DNA from: an uncultured Gammaproteobacteria bacterium | Lineage (GTDB): Bacteria; Patescibacteriota; Patescibacteriia; 2-01-FULL-39-33 | Direction of reading: 5' to 3' | NCBI GenBank assembly: GCA_964558935.1 | Contig: CAZLFP010000003.1 | Span: forward strand, 39,684-103,683 | Length of the DNA: 64,000 bases | In this document: positions 31,599 to 41,339 of the stretch, in pieces | How the letters are laid out: each line of letters starts with the position of its first letter | Position numbering within the stretch: the first letter of the stretch is position 1 | The notes under the pieces: generated by a model | Told to the model about the DNA's origin: nothing | The model's database searches: none | The model's input: only the letters and a program-made list of their open reading frames with translations | Made by a program: the position numbers and the translations under genes

Positions 31599-34500
31599 AT
31601 GAGATTTTCAGTTTTTAACAGGTTAGTTAAAAACCACAATGGACAAGGTTTGTTGGAGGTTATTTTGGCTTTGGCCATTTTTTCTTTTATTGCAGCTGCG
31701 ATGATGAGCATGGCTCTCGGCGGATTTCAAGCATTGGAAAGAGGAGGAGAACAAACAGAAGCTGAAGCTTTGGCTCAAGAAGGACTGGAGGCGGTCAAGG
31801 CCATTCAAGAAAGAGCCTGGAATGAAATGGAGTATGGAGTCAGTGCCGTCTCCAATGTTTCTTCCCAGTGGGAGTTTGTGGGAGAAGGTACGACTGAAAA
31901 TATTGGTCAGTTTACCCGAACCATTACCATCGCTGATGTCTGTCGTGACGCTTCAGATAATATTGACACCTGCCCCAGCAATTATACGGATGAACATACC
32001 AAAAGAGTGATTGTGGAAGTGACTTGGGATACTCTTCAAGGCAATATCAATACTGTGCGGCAAGAAGGCTATCTTACCAATTGGGATTCTACAGACTGGA
32101 CTCAAACCGATTGGGTGGGTGGAGACGGACAATCTATTTGGAGCGATACCACTCAGTATGACACCGGTAGTAATGTGGATGATACAATTGCCGGTCAAAT
32201 TTCTTTGGCTGCTATTTTAGGTGATGGCTGCGGTTTAAAAGTATGGCCTTTTACGACTGCCGGCAATTATACGTACGATAGTCAAGACATTGAAGTAACC
32301 GGAGGCAATGCTCAATTGGTTGGAACCGTTGTGAGTGGTTCAATACAGGATTCAGGTTTTAATAATACCTCAGACACTGATTACAATTGGCCTTTTACGA
32401 CTGCCGGCAATTATACTTATGATTCAAACAAAATAACCGTAACCGGTGGAGCGGCACAGTTGTATGAAATTTCTGAAGTATGCCAAGGTACACCGGATCC
32501 TTGTGCGGGCATTGGAGTGCAGGGTACTTGTACTTCTCAGGGGGGTTGTTCTTGGGATCCGGCGGATTGTTCCGGATCTCCAACTGCCTGCGGCAGTTTG
32601 CCGGAAGGGGATTGTTCAGCCTGTGGCTGTTCTTTAGTGCCTGGTAATTGTAGCAACAATGGTGCATGTGGAGATAATGGCGCTGAAGGAGCTTGCACTA
32701 ATTGCAGTTGTGCCACTTGCAGTTGGGATGCCACTAGTTGTCCTTATGTGGAAGCTTGGGATGGACAGAAATGGGTTAAGGAACATGAAGCTTTTCCTTA
32801 TGCAGTATTTAAATCTGTTGTTAACACAACATATGATTCTCTACCAAGTTTAGCGTGTATTGATGGACACGCTAGGGTTAGGATTTATGAGAGTTTGCCA
32901 GAAATAACATATTTACAATATTTTCAAGTCTTCGCTGCCAAACAAACAGGTGGTTATATTAAACCTGATGTTGAGGGTAGACCTAGGGTTATGAATAATT
33001 GGAATAGTCCAGATTTTTGTATTACCTCCTTGGGTCAGTCAGGTCAAGATTGTTTAAATATAATCAAGGATCATGATGAAGAATTTTTTGAACCAGAAAT
33101 AGATAAATCTAAAATAGACGAATGGATTGAGATGGAATTTAGAGATGTGAAAAACGATGAAGCTAAGCTGTACTTGGTAGCTAGAAACCAGCAATTGATA
33201 GCTATTTATTATCAGTACATAGCTCATATTTTGGGTCGTAAGCAGGCAGATCTTTTTTCTGAGGTTTCAGCTTGGCCGGGTTTCTATCAGTTGACGAATA
33301 ATTGGTGGACCAATAGTCTTAAGGTTCAGGTTGAAGTTTGGGATGGCAGTAATTGGCAAAGACAAGGAGTAATATCTGCTGGTTTTCATATGCCGGGTAG
33401 TGGAGCTGATGATTTCTTAGTTAGTTTAAAGAAGTTAGATGATTCAAACAATTTAAAGGTTAGAATTCGTTTTATGTCTGGTGCCTACGGAATTGATTAT
33501 ATTGCTCTAGATGATAGTCTTGATCAAGAACTAGATATCAAAGCAGTCAATCCTAAAGAAATATATGTTAATGGAAAATTATCTGATGATTATTTGGTTT
33601 CTATTGGATATAATGAATATGTTGAATTGGTTTATGATTGCAATCTTGATGAAGATTATTATTTTGGTATTGGTGGTTATTATAATATAGATTTTTATGA
33701 TTCTAGTCGTCAAAAAGATCCGATTTCTGCCTGGTCTGAATTAATGGATTTATTTACAGGTGGAAAAAAATACTTAATACGTACCGCAGTTGATAAAGGT
33801 TTGTATAAAAAAGATAATTGTAATCAAAACTATACCACTGCTGAATTGGCTGCTCAGGCTCAGTTAAGTCCCATTGCATACGTCATATATTTTGAAATAC
33901 TGTTAATTCTGGTTTCAGGTATACTATTTATCGTTGGATATGATAGAAGAAGGTTAGTTATTGGATTTACCATTGGCACGACAATTACCATTGTTTTGTT
34001 ATATGGTTTTACAGTTGTTATTGCCGGCGGAACATGTGGTGGCACCTTAAATTGTTCCGGGTGTAATGAAACAGCTTGTAATTTATGTGCGACATGTACC
34101 TGGAATGCAGGATCATGTAGTGGAACACCAAGTGTTTGTACTACGCATAGCACAGAAGATCAGTGCTCAGATTGCGGATGTTCATGGGATGAGGCCAATT
34201 GTTTTGGTACTTCAAGTGTTTGTTCAACGTACGCAACTGAAGGCAACTGTAACGGACAGCAAGGCTGTATTTGGTCTGGTGAGTATGCGACCACTTCTCC
34301 AAGCATATATCCAACTAGCTCATATTCTGCCCCCGGTGTTTTTAGCTGGGACAGTTTTTCGGCAACAACCACCGTTAGCGGTTCTCCATTTGTGGATGAT
34401 GAATCTTCAGAATTTAATGGTGCCAAGAGCAACACTCAGTATGACTCTGCCAATTATTGGTTGGAATTAACATCTGCGGGTCAAACTGCCGGCAGCGGTA

Positions 34501-37500
34501 CCTATACTTCACCCATCCGCAATGTCGGAGCCAATGCATCATGGGATAGTATCGCTTGGATTCCCACCATGCCTTTTGGTAAAGAACTGCCCAATGGCGG
34601 TTCGGCTGAAACAGCCTATTTAATGGGTAACGTTGATATGTCAGACAATGTACTCCTTTTGCATCTGAGTGCCACTTCCACTTCTATTATTGATTGGTCA
34701 GGCAATGGCTATAATGGAACATACAATGGAGCCTTAACTGGTCAGACTGGAAAATTGAATGGTGCTTTAGGCTTTGACGGTACAGATGATATTGTGACTT
34801 TTACGTATAATTTGAATAGTACCTTGGGTGGTACTGCCTCACTTGCATTCTGGATTAATACCACAGACACCGGTAATAACAATGTTGCTGATGCTCCGGC
34901 AGTGACCGGTGTTGAAGAGTCGGGTGGAGATGATGATGTTTTTTGGGGTTCTTTAAATGCTTCCGGTAAGTTTGTTATTCAGGCAGGTAATACAGCCGGT
35001 GCAGTTAGTAGTACGACTATTAATGACGGCAGTTGGCATCACGTTGTTATGACCAGAAACTCCACCACGGGAGAGGTTAAAATATATGTTGATGGTGTTT
35101 TAGAAGATACGGCTATCTCAGATTTGGGAGTCAAGGGCAATGCGTTCTATACGATTGGCCGTTTAACCGATACCGGATTTCCAGCTAATCATTACTATTT
35201 ACAAGGCACTTTAGATGAACTGGCCATCTTTGATACTGTGATTGATGAGGATATGGTAATGGAATTATATAAACGAGGAGCCTTGAGAATTAAGTATCAG
35301 GTAAAGTCATGTAATGATAGCGGTTGTGTCGGAGAGTCTTTTATTGGACCTGATGGTACGACCGGTGATTATTACGATGAAACAGATAATACTACCAATG
35401 GGTTGCCAAGTCTAACTTTAACCAATGTGTCAGATAATCCATACTTTCAATACCGAGCGACTTTGGAAACGGACGATACTGCTTTAACTCCAGAGCTCAG
35501 AAGTTTTACGACTAACTATACCGGAGGAGGTTTAGCTAATGTCACTTATCAGTTATCAGATGATGATGGCACTACTTGGTACTATTGGGGTGGCTCATCT
35601 TGGGATGTAGCCGGAGCGTCCAATTCAAGCACAGAAGCTACAGTTGATGCTAACATTAGTGACTTTAGTACCAGTACGGAACAAATTAAATTTAAAGCCT
35701 TTCTAAACAGTGAAGGCACTCAGAATGTTGAACTGGATAATGTCTTCCTAGGCTTTACTCCCGGTGGCTCACCTTGGACATATAGTGACTGGGATGCCGG
35801 TGGTGGAGAAGTTAATCCGGATGGAACAATAGATGCCAGCGGAGGCAATCCGGGTTCGTTTGCCAAAATAACCGTTCCCAATGGTCAAAATGATGAATTG
35901 GGTGGCTATTTTGAACAAGCTTTTACCACCACGGTAGATAATCCTTCCGGTACCGTTGATTTTGACTATAAGATGATTGCTTTTAATGCCACGGCTAATG
36001 TGTCGCAAATTAGAATATTTGTAGATACTTCATCTGGTGCACCAACTAATCAGGTAGGTAGTTCAATAGATGTGACTAGTGCTGGAAACTGGACAAGTGC
36101 CTCTCAAATAGATATTTCTTCTGACTTGGGAACTGCAGGAACATACTATTTAAAAGTTGCCTATTGGGTTGAAACTCCAGGCGGTGGCGGAGGTGGTCCT
36201 TTTGTGGTTGGTTTTGACAATGTGGATTTAAACTGGACTTTAACTACATATCCGGATGATGAACCAACGATACAGCCAACCGAATCGTATGAGGGTCCTG
36301 GTGTTAATTTCTGGTCATCTTTCTCTGAAACTGCCACCAAAGGAACAGGGGAAATCTACTACCAACTTTCAGATGACGATGGTTCCAATTGGTATTATTG
36401 GGGTGGTTCTTCATGGGTCAGTGCCGGAGCTTCGAACTATAACACGGCTAGCGTAATTAATTCCAATATTGGCACTTTTAGCACTTCAACCGAAACTATT
36501 TTATTTAAAGCTTTCTTAGACAGCGATGGCACACAACAAGTTCAATTGGATCAGGTTGCCATCTATTGTTCCAAATTATATGATTGGCCTTTTTCTACGC
36601 CGGGAGATTATACCTATGATGACCAGAAGATAGAGGTAACCGGTGGTCAAGCTCAATTGGTTGAGTCTGGAGGATATGTTATTAGATCGACTGAGTACGC
36701 AATAACAGACTATACTGGTGTTACAGGAGAAATTACACTGACCAATGATTTATCCTCCAATTATTTTGTTATGGTTAAAGGTAGTGATGGTGATGGTACT
36801 GATACTGGTAATAGGGGTCCAGATGAAAACTATTTTGCTTTAACTTCAGATCCGTTTGGCACCGGAGATTTAGCTGTCACAGGAGAAAATAATACACTAG
36901 GCTTCACTCGCGGAGGTAATGTAGACGGCTGGACCGGTGTGATTACAGTCGTGGAGTGTTTAAATAATTGTTCATCAGATGGTTTTGAACTGTTAGATGT
37001 GGCCAGGGTGACCCACAGTGGAACAACTTTAACCGGTACAGACACTTTTACTAGCGGTTGGGGATCGGATATAGACCAGGTCATGTTATTTGGCGGATAT
37101 GATGGAGCAGGCTGTAATACCGCAGATACAGATAATTCAGATCATAAGGTCTGTCATGCTCGCATTTGGCCGTCAGGAACTAACACTATTAATTGGCAGA
37201 GAAACGATACGGATGTCAGCAGCATGACAACTGCCTATTCAACTGTTATGGCTTTAAAGTGGGGTAGTAATTGGACAGTTCAAAGAGTCACAGTTTCCGG
37301 CAGTGCCGGTGGTGCTGGTGCTAATGCCACCGGTGAGTACAATACTGCTACAATTAATTCTGTAGCTAGAGATAATACCTGGGTATGGGGAACTGGTTGG
37401 ACTAATGACCAGGGTATTGGCGATGCGTCCGAGGGTACCTTAATCACTCTTGGTGATGGAGTTAATCAAAATACCAATGAAACCAGTGTTGCAGTTGGTC

Positions 37501-38498
37501 AGGAGTATTCAGATACCAGAGAATTTGAAGTTTATGCTTTGACCCATGATGATATTTCTGTGGATTATCGGTTTAAAGCAGATGGCAATGGTGCAGATTT
37601 AACTTATGATCAAACTGTTGATACAGCTGCCAGTTCTACAGCTAGAATGGCTTTGGGGTATAATACCTGTAATGGTACTGGTGATGCTTATCCTCGTCCC
37701 ATTTTTTCAGCCAGATATACTTCAAATACCAATATTCAACTACTCAGAAATCGTTGGAATCAAGCTTTTGTGGCCTGGACCCAGAGTATTGATTTCTCCG
37801 GTATTAATAAGCCAATTACCTATCCCTCGGATGATCCGACCATCCAACCCAGTGCTTTCTATAATCTAGGAGGTGTAAGTGAGTTAACTGCTTTTGAGGA
37901 AACAGCCAATAAAGATGGGGGAGAGATATATTATCAGTTATCCAATAATAACGGAGCCACCTGGTTATACTGGGGAGGATCAAATTGGACCACAGCTGGG
38001 GCTTCAGACTATAATACAGCCAGTGTGGTCAATACTAATATTGGAAGTTTTCCCACTTCAACCACTCAATTCCTATTCAAAGCTTTCTTGAGTGGTAATG
38101 GTTCTCAACAAGTGGCTTTAGATAATGTTAGAATCTTTTGGGGTGAAGATGCCGGAGGTGGAGGTTCAGTCGGTTATGAGACCAGTGGTTTTTTGGTGTC
38201 TTCAGCCTTGGACATGGGAGACGCATCTCCGGTGCAAGTCATTGAATGGAGCGAAGACAGACCGGCTGATACTGAAATCAAGCTACAAGTTAGAACTGCA
38301 CCGGACAGTGGTGGCAGTCCCGGTACTTGGACAGATTGGTTTGGAGAAACAGGATCTGGTACTTTTTTTACAACCACCAGTCCTACCTTAATACCAACCA
38401 CCATTAATGCTAACCAGTGGTTGCAGTACAGAGCCGAATTAAGTGGAGATGGCACGGTAACTCCTGTGTTATATGATATAAATCTTAATTACAAATAA
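31599..38498 (+). CDS. Giant (2299 aa) pilin-like adhesin: PilV-like N-terminus, split beta-sandwich repeats, Cys-rich repeats, LamG domain and internal TM hairpin
   Basis: NG|QGLLEVILAL..AQEGLEAV pilin N-terminus, LamG-like motifs (WHHVVMT, IYVDG, LDELAIF), and three copies each of WPF..YTYD and YQLS..W.YWGG. Confidence 0.85.
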   Translation: MRFSVFNRLVKNHNGQGLLEVILALAIFSFIAAAMMSMALGGFQALERGGEQTEAEALAQEGLEAVKAIQERAWNEMEYGVSAVSNVSSQWEFVGEGTTENIGQFTRTITIADVCRDASDNIDTCPSNYTDEHTKRVIVEVTWDTLQGNINTVRQEGYLTNWDSTDWTQTDWVGGDGQSIWSDTTQYDTGSNVDDTIAGQISLAAILGDGCGLKVWPFTTAGNYTYDSQDIEVTGGNAQLVGTVVSGSIQDSGFNNTSDTDYNWPFTTAGNYTYDSNKITVTGGAAQLYEISEVCQGTPDPCAGIGVQGTCTSQGGCSWDPADCSGSPTACGSLPEGDCSACGCSLVPGNCSNNGACGDNGAEGACTNCSCATCSWDATSCPYVEAWDGQKWVKEHEAFPYAVFKSVVNTTYDSLPSLACIDGHARVRIYESLPEITYLQYFQVFAAKQTGGYIKPDVEGRPRVMNNWNSPDFCITSLGQSGQDCLNIIKDHDEEFFEPEIDKSKIDEWIEMEFRDVKNDEAKLYLVARNQQLIAIYYQYIAHILGRKQADLFSEVSAWPGFYQLTNNWWTNSLKVQVEVWDGSNWQRQGVISAGFHMPGSGADDFLVSLKKLDDSNNLKVRIRFMSGAYGIDYIALDDSLDQELDIKAVNPKEIYVNGKLSDDYLVSIGYNEYVELVYDCNLDEDYYFGIGGYYNIDFYDSSRQKDPISAWSELMDLFTGGKKYLIRTAVDKGLYKKDNCNQNYTTAELAAQAQLSPIAYVIYFEILLILVSGILFIVGYDRRRLVIGFTIGTTITIVLLYGFTVVIAGGTCGGTLNCSGCNETACNLCATCTWNAGSCSGTPSVCTTHSTEDQCSDCGCSWDEANCFGTSSVCSTYATEGNCNGQQGCIWSGEYATTSPSIYPTSSYSAPGVFSWDSFSATTTVSGSPFVDDESSEFNGAKSNTQYDSANYWLELTSAGQTAGSGTYTSPIRNVGANASWDSIAWIPTMPFGKELPNGGSAETAYLMGNVDMSDNVLLLHLSATSTSIIDWSGNGYNGTYNGALTGQTGKLNGALGFDGTDDIVTFTYNLNSTLGGTASLAFWINTTDTGNNNVADAPAVTGVEESGGDDDVFWGSLNASGKFVIQAGNTAGAVSSTTINDGSWHHVVMTRNSTTGEVKIYVDGVLEDTAISDLGVKGNAFYTIGRLTDTGFPANHYYLQGTLDELAIFDTVIDEDMVMELYKRGALRIKYQVKSCNDSGCVGESFIGPDGTTGDYYDETDNTTNGLPSLTLTNVSDNPYFQYRATLETDDTALTPELRSFTTNYTGGGLANVTYQLSDDDGTTWYYWGGSSWDVAGASNSSTEATVDANISDFSTSTEQIKFKAFLNSEGTQNVELDNVFLGFTPGGSPWTYSDWDAGGGEVNPDGTIDASGGNPGSFAKITVPNGQNDELGGYFEQAFTTTVDNPSGTVDFDYKMIAFNATANVSQIRIFVDTSSGAPTNQVGSSIDVTSAGNWTSASQIDISSDLGTAGTYYLKVAYWVETPGGGGGGPFVVGFDNVDLNWTLTTYPDDEPTIQPTESYEGPGVNFWSSFSETATKGTGEIYYQLSDDDGSNWYYWGGSSWVSAGASNYNTASVINSNIGTFSTSTETILFKAFLDSDGTQQVQLDQVAIYCSKLYDWPFSTPGDYTYDDQKIEVTGGQAQLVESGGYVIRSTEYAITDYTGVTGEITLTNDLSSNYFVMVKGSDGDGTDTGNRGPDENYFALTSDPFGTGDLAVTGENNTLGFTRGGNVDGWTGVITVVECLNNCSSDGFELLDVARVTHSGTTLTGTDTFTSGWGSDIDQVMLFGGYDGAGCNTADTDNSDHKVCHARIWPSGTNTINWQRNDTDVSSMTTAYSTVMALKWGSNWTVQRVTVSGSAGGAGANATGEYNTATINSVARDNTWVWGTGWTNDQGIGDASEGTLITLGDGVNQNTNETSVAVGQEYSDTREFEVYALTHDDISVDYRFKADGNGADLTYDQTVDTAASSTARMALGYNTCNGTGDAYPRPIFSARYTSNTNIQLLRNRWNQAFVAWTQSIDFSGINKPITYPSDDPTIQPSAFYNLGGVSELTAFEETANKDGGEIYYQLSNNNGATWLYWGGSNWTTAGASDYNTASVVNTNIGSFPTSTTQFLFKAFLSGNGSQQVALDNVRIFWGEDAGGGGSVGYETSGFLVSSALDMGDASPVQVIEWSEDRPADTEIKLQVRTAPDSGGSPGTWTDWFGETGSGTFFTTTSPTLIPTTINANQWLQYRAELSGDGTVTPVLYDINLNYK
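32244..32416 (+). repeat. Exact 29-bp direct repeat (32244-32272 and 32388-32416) within the giant pilin gene
   Basis: TGGCCTTTTACGACTGCCGGCAATTATAC occurs twice. Confidence 0.9.
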
Positions 38499-38992
38499 TG
38501 AATAAAGGCTTTACTTTAGTTGAATTAATCATTTACATTGCCATTATTGGTCTCATGGTGGTGTCTTTTGCTACTTTTAGCATTGCCATCTCAGATTCAA
38601 GAGAAAAGTCATATGTCGTGTCAGAAGTCCATCACAATTTAAGGGATCCGTTTACCTTAATGACTAAGAGAGCCAGGTTTGCCAGTAGCGTAGTTACACC
38701 AACAGCCGGTAATTCTTCTACCACTCTGGAGTTAGACATGCCGGGAGCCAGTCCTAATTTAACCTTTAAAGTCATTGATGATATCTTAACTGTGCAAGAA
38801 GGAGTCGGTACACCCGTCGCTGTGACCAGTGACGAGGTTCAAGTCACTGAGTTAGCTTTTACCAATTATGCCAGTCCCGGCTTAAGATCCAATTTAAAAA
38901 TCGAGTATACGGTTGAATATGCTCATGAAGATGGAGATCCCATCTATACTTATGACAAAAGCATTGAAACCACAGTCAGAGTTAGAAAATAA
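38498..38992 (+). CDS. Minor pilin (PilW-like)
   Basis: KG|FTLVELIIYIAI. Confidence 0.87.
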   Translation: MNKGFTLVELIIYIAIIGLMVVSFATFSIAISDSREKSYVVSEVHHNLRDPFTLMTKRARFASSVVTPTAGNSSTTLELDMPGASPNLTFKVIDDILTVQEGVGTPVAVTSDEVQVTELAFTNYASPGLRSNLKIEYTVEYAHEDGDPIYTYDKSIETTVRVRK

Positions 38993-38993
38993 T

Positions 38994-39401
38994 ATGAATA
39001 TTTTAAACAATCAAAAGGGAATAGCGGCTTTTCTGGTGATTGTGATGATTTCGGCCGTAGCTTTAATTATGGCATATTCAGCAGCTATCTTAGGTTTGGG
39101 TGAAATTGAAATGGGTTTTGACTCGCAACAAGGCGGACAGGCTTTTGCCCTTGCCGATGGTTGTATTGAAGAAGCCATGCGCAGATTGAGATTGGACACT
39201 GATTACACAGGCAGTTCTTTGAGTTTTGGAGCCAATTCCTGTATAATTAGTGTAACCGGAGCTGGCAGTAATCGTACTATATATACTACCAGTACTGTTG
39301 GTGAATATTATAAAAAGATTGAAGCTCAAGTTTCTTTTACAGACAGTCCGACAACTGGTGTAGTTTTAAGTTTAGACAGTTGGGAAGAAAGCGATCAATA
39401 G
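38994..39401 (+). CDS. PilX-like minor pilin
   Basis: QKG|IAAFLV (no Glu5), AFALADGCIEEA and C-terminal SWEE; start ATG 38994. Confidence 0.8.
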   Translation: MNILNNQKGIAAFLVIVMISAVALIMAYSAAILGLGEIEMGFDSQQGGQAFALADGCIEEAMRRLRLDTDYTGSSLSFGANSCIISVTGAGSNRTIYTTSTVGEYYKKIEAQVSFTDSPTTGVVLSLDSWEESDQ

Positions 39402-39406
39402 CAGAC

Positions 39407-40750
39407 ATGTTACAATACGGCCAACAATCTGTAGGTATCGATATTTCAGATCAAACCATTGAGGTGGCTGAAATTCTTAGTGGTTTTCGCAAAAAAATCA
39501 CGAGCTTGGGTCAAAGAAAATTACCAACCGGTTTGGTGGAAAGGGGTAGAATAAAAGATGTCAAAGCTTTAACCAAGGAATTGGATGCCTGTTTCAAACA
39601 AGCCAAACCCAAACCCATTAATTATCGACGAGCTGTTTTTTCTTTGCCGGAAAGCCAAGTTTATACGCATGATTTTATCCTTAAGGAAGCTAACAAAAAG
39701 AAATGGGAGGATCTGATCAAACAAGAAGCACTGGCTAATTTTCCCATTCCTGAGAATGATTTGGTTTATGCCTATACCATACTCACTCACAACAAGCAAG
39801 GAGCCACGGTTTTGTTGGCAGCCAGCAGTTACCAAGTGATTAATGAATGGCGAGCATTCTTTCGACAAGCTAAAATCCGAGTTGATTATTTTGCGGTTGA
39901 AGCTTTGGCTATCTTCAGAGGTTTGTTTGTCGGTGGTGTTAAAGAGCCGGTGGCTATAATTGATTTGGGAGCTTATACAACTTTAATCTCTATCTTTGAC
40001 AAACATGGTTTGGAATTCACTTATTCCGTGAATACAGCCGGCAACAGATTGAACAGTGAAATTGCCAAAGCTCTTAATATAGGTCAGGATCAAGCTGAAA
40101 AAATGAAGATTAAGCTGGGTCTTACAGATCCGGACAGCCAGGTTTTCAATGTTATTTTAAAGACTTTGGAGAAAATTACAAGAGGTATTGATGTGTCTGT
40201 GGATTACTACCAGAACAAGTCAGGTCAACAAATAAAAAAAGCGGTGTTAATTGGGGGTACGAGCCGATTAAAAGGCTTATTGGAATACTTTCAGAGTAAT
40301 TTAGAGTATGAGGTACAATTGGGTTCATCCAAATTGTTTAAAACCCATAAACTGGACTTGGGCTATATTGAAGCCATTGGTTTGGCCAATATTGGATTAA
40401 AAGAAAAATGGTTGAAAAAAGACCCGGTCTTTGTATTAAAAGATGTTAAAAAACCGTCAAAAAAGTCTAAATCTAGCGGAAAAAAAGCGGGAAAAAAGAC
40501 TCGGGATGTTGAGTCGATGTCTAGCGAGTATTATACTCTTGAGGATCAGGAAATTGAATTTGAAGCGAAAAAATTGCGCCGACAACAGATTACTTTTTTA
40601 ATTATTGTTATCATTGGAGCGATCGCTATCAGTTTGGCTTTTTGGTACCAGAATGAACAGAAGAAAAAGAAAGCCCAGGAATATGAACAGCAACTGGAAA
40701 CTTTTTTGGAAGATCGGCAGCGTGAGATTCAGTACAATATTGAACAGTAG
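39407..40750 (+). CDS. pilM: Second PilM-like protein fused to a C-terminal TM and short coiled coil
   Basis: VGIDISD, IDLGA, LIGGTS and AIGLA, then a Lys-rich linker, TM and charged helix; start ATG 39407. Confidence 0.82.
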   Translation: MLQYGQQSVGIDISDQTIEVAEILSGFRKKITSLGQRKLPTGLVERGRIKDVKALTKELDACFKQAKPKPINYRRAVFSLPESQVYTHDFILKEANKKKWEDLIKQEALANFPIPENDLVYAYTILTHNKQGATVLLAASSYQVINEWRAFFRQAKIRVDYFAVEALAIFRGLFVGGVKEPVAIIDLGAYTTLISIFDKHGLEFTYSVNTAGNRLNSEIAKALNIGQDQAEKMKIKLGLTDPDSQVFNVILKTLEKITRGIDVSVDYYQNKSGQQIKKAVLIGGTSRLKGLLEYFQSNLEYEVQLGSSKLFKTHKLDLGYIEAIGLANIGLKEKWLKKDPVFVLKDVKKPSKKSKSSGKKAGKKTRDVESMSSEYYTLEDQEIEFEAKKLRRQQITFLIIVIIGAIAISLAFWYQNEQKKKKAQEYEQQLETFLEDRQREIQYNIEQ

Positions 40751-40831
40751 TGGATAATTTAGGACATTTGCTTGTATTTTAAACTGTGTTATAATATAAT
40801 TAACATAAATATTAGAAATAAGTTTGCTACT

Positions 40832-41323
40832 ATGAAAAAAACTGGTTTTACCTTAATTGAATTATTAATTGTGATTGCCATTATTGCAATTATCGCAGCT
40901 GTGGCTTTTGTGGCTTTGGATCCTCTAACACGTTTTAGAGACTCAAGAGATTCAGCCAGATGGTCTGATGTAACGGCTATGTTATCTGCGATTGTGGTTG
41001 ATCAGGTTGACAATGGAGGTAATTATCTCTGGTCGATTCAAAATGCGACAACGGCGACAAATGTTATGATCAGCAATGCTACCACTACCACTGGTTGTAA
41101 TGCCACTGCTTGTGATACAGCCGTAACCAGTACAGCTGCTTGCATTAACATGCAAGGCTTGGTGGATGAGGGTTATCTGGGCACTATGCCAGTTAGTCCG
41201 AACGGCAGCGGCAGCTGGGATTCCGCTTTAACCGGTTATTATTTGACCAAGAACACGAATGGCTCGATTACAATCACGGCATGCGAAGCTGAGAATTCCG
41301 GTACAATCAGTTTGACAAGGTAA
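40832..41323 (+). CDS. Type IV pilin, probable major pilin of locus 2
   Basis: MKKTG|FTLIELLIVIAII; start ATG 40832, downstream of TGtTATAAT (40787-40795). Confidence 0.9.
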   Translation: MKKTGFTLIELLIVIAIIAIIAAVAFVALDPLTRFRDSRDSARWSDVTAMLSAIVVDQVDNGGNYLWSIQNATTATNVMISNATTTTGCNATACDTAVTSTAACINMQGLVDEGYLGTMPVSPNGSGSWDSALTGYYLTKNTNGSITITACEAENSGTISLTR

Positions 41324-41339
41324 GAAATTTATAATCTAA

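Noticed and set aside
32736-34025. Insert in the giant pilin as a canonical intein
   Set aside because: It starts near a Cys but has no recognisable TxxH block, LAGLIDADG motif or terminal His-Asn, and it contains TM helices. It is kept only as a possible non-canonical processing domain.
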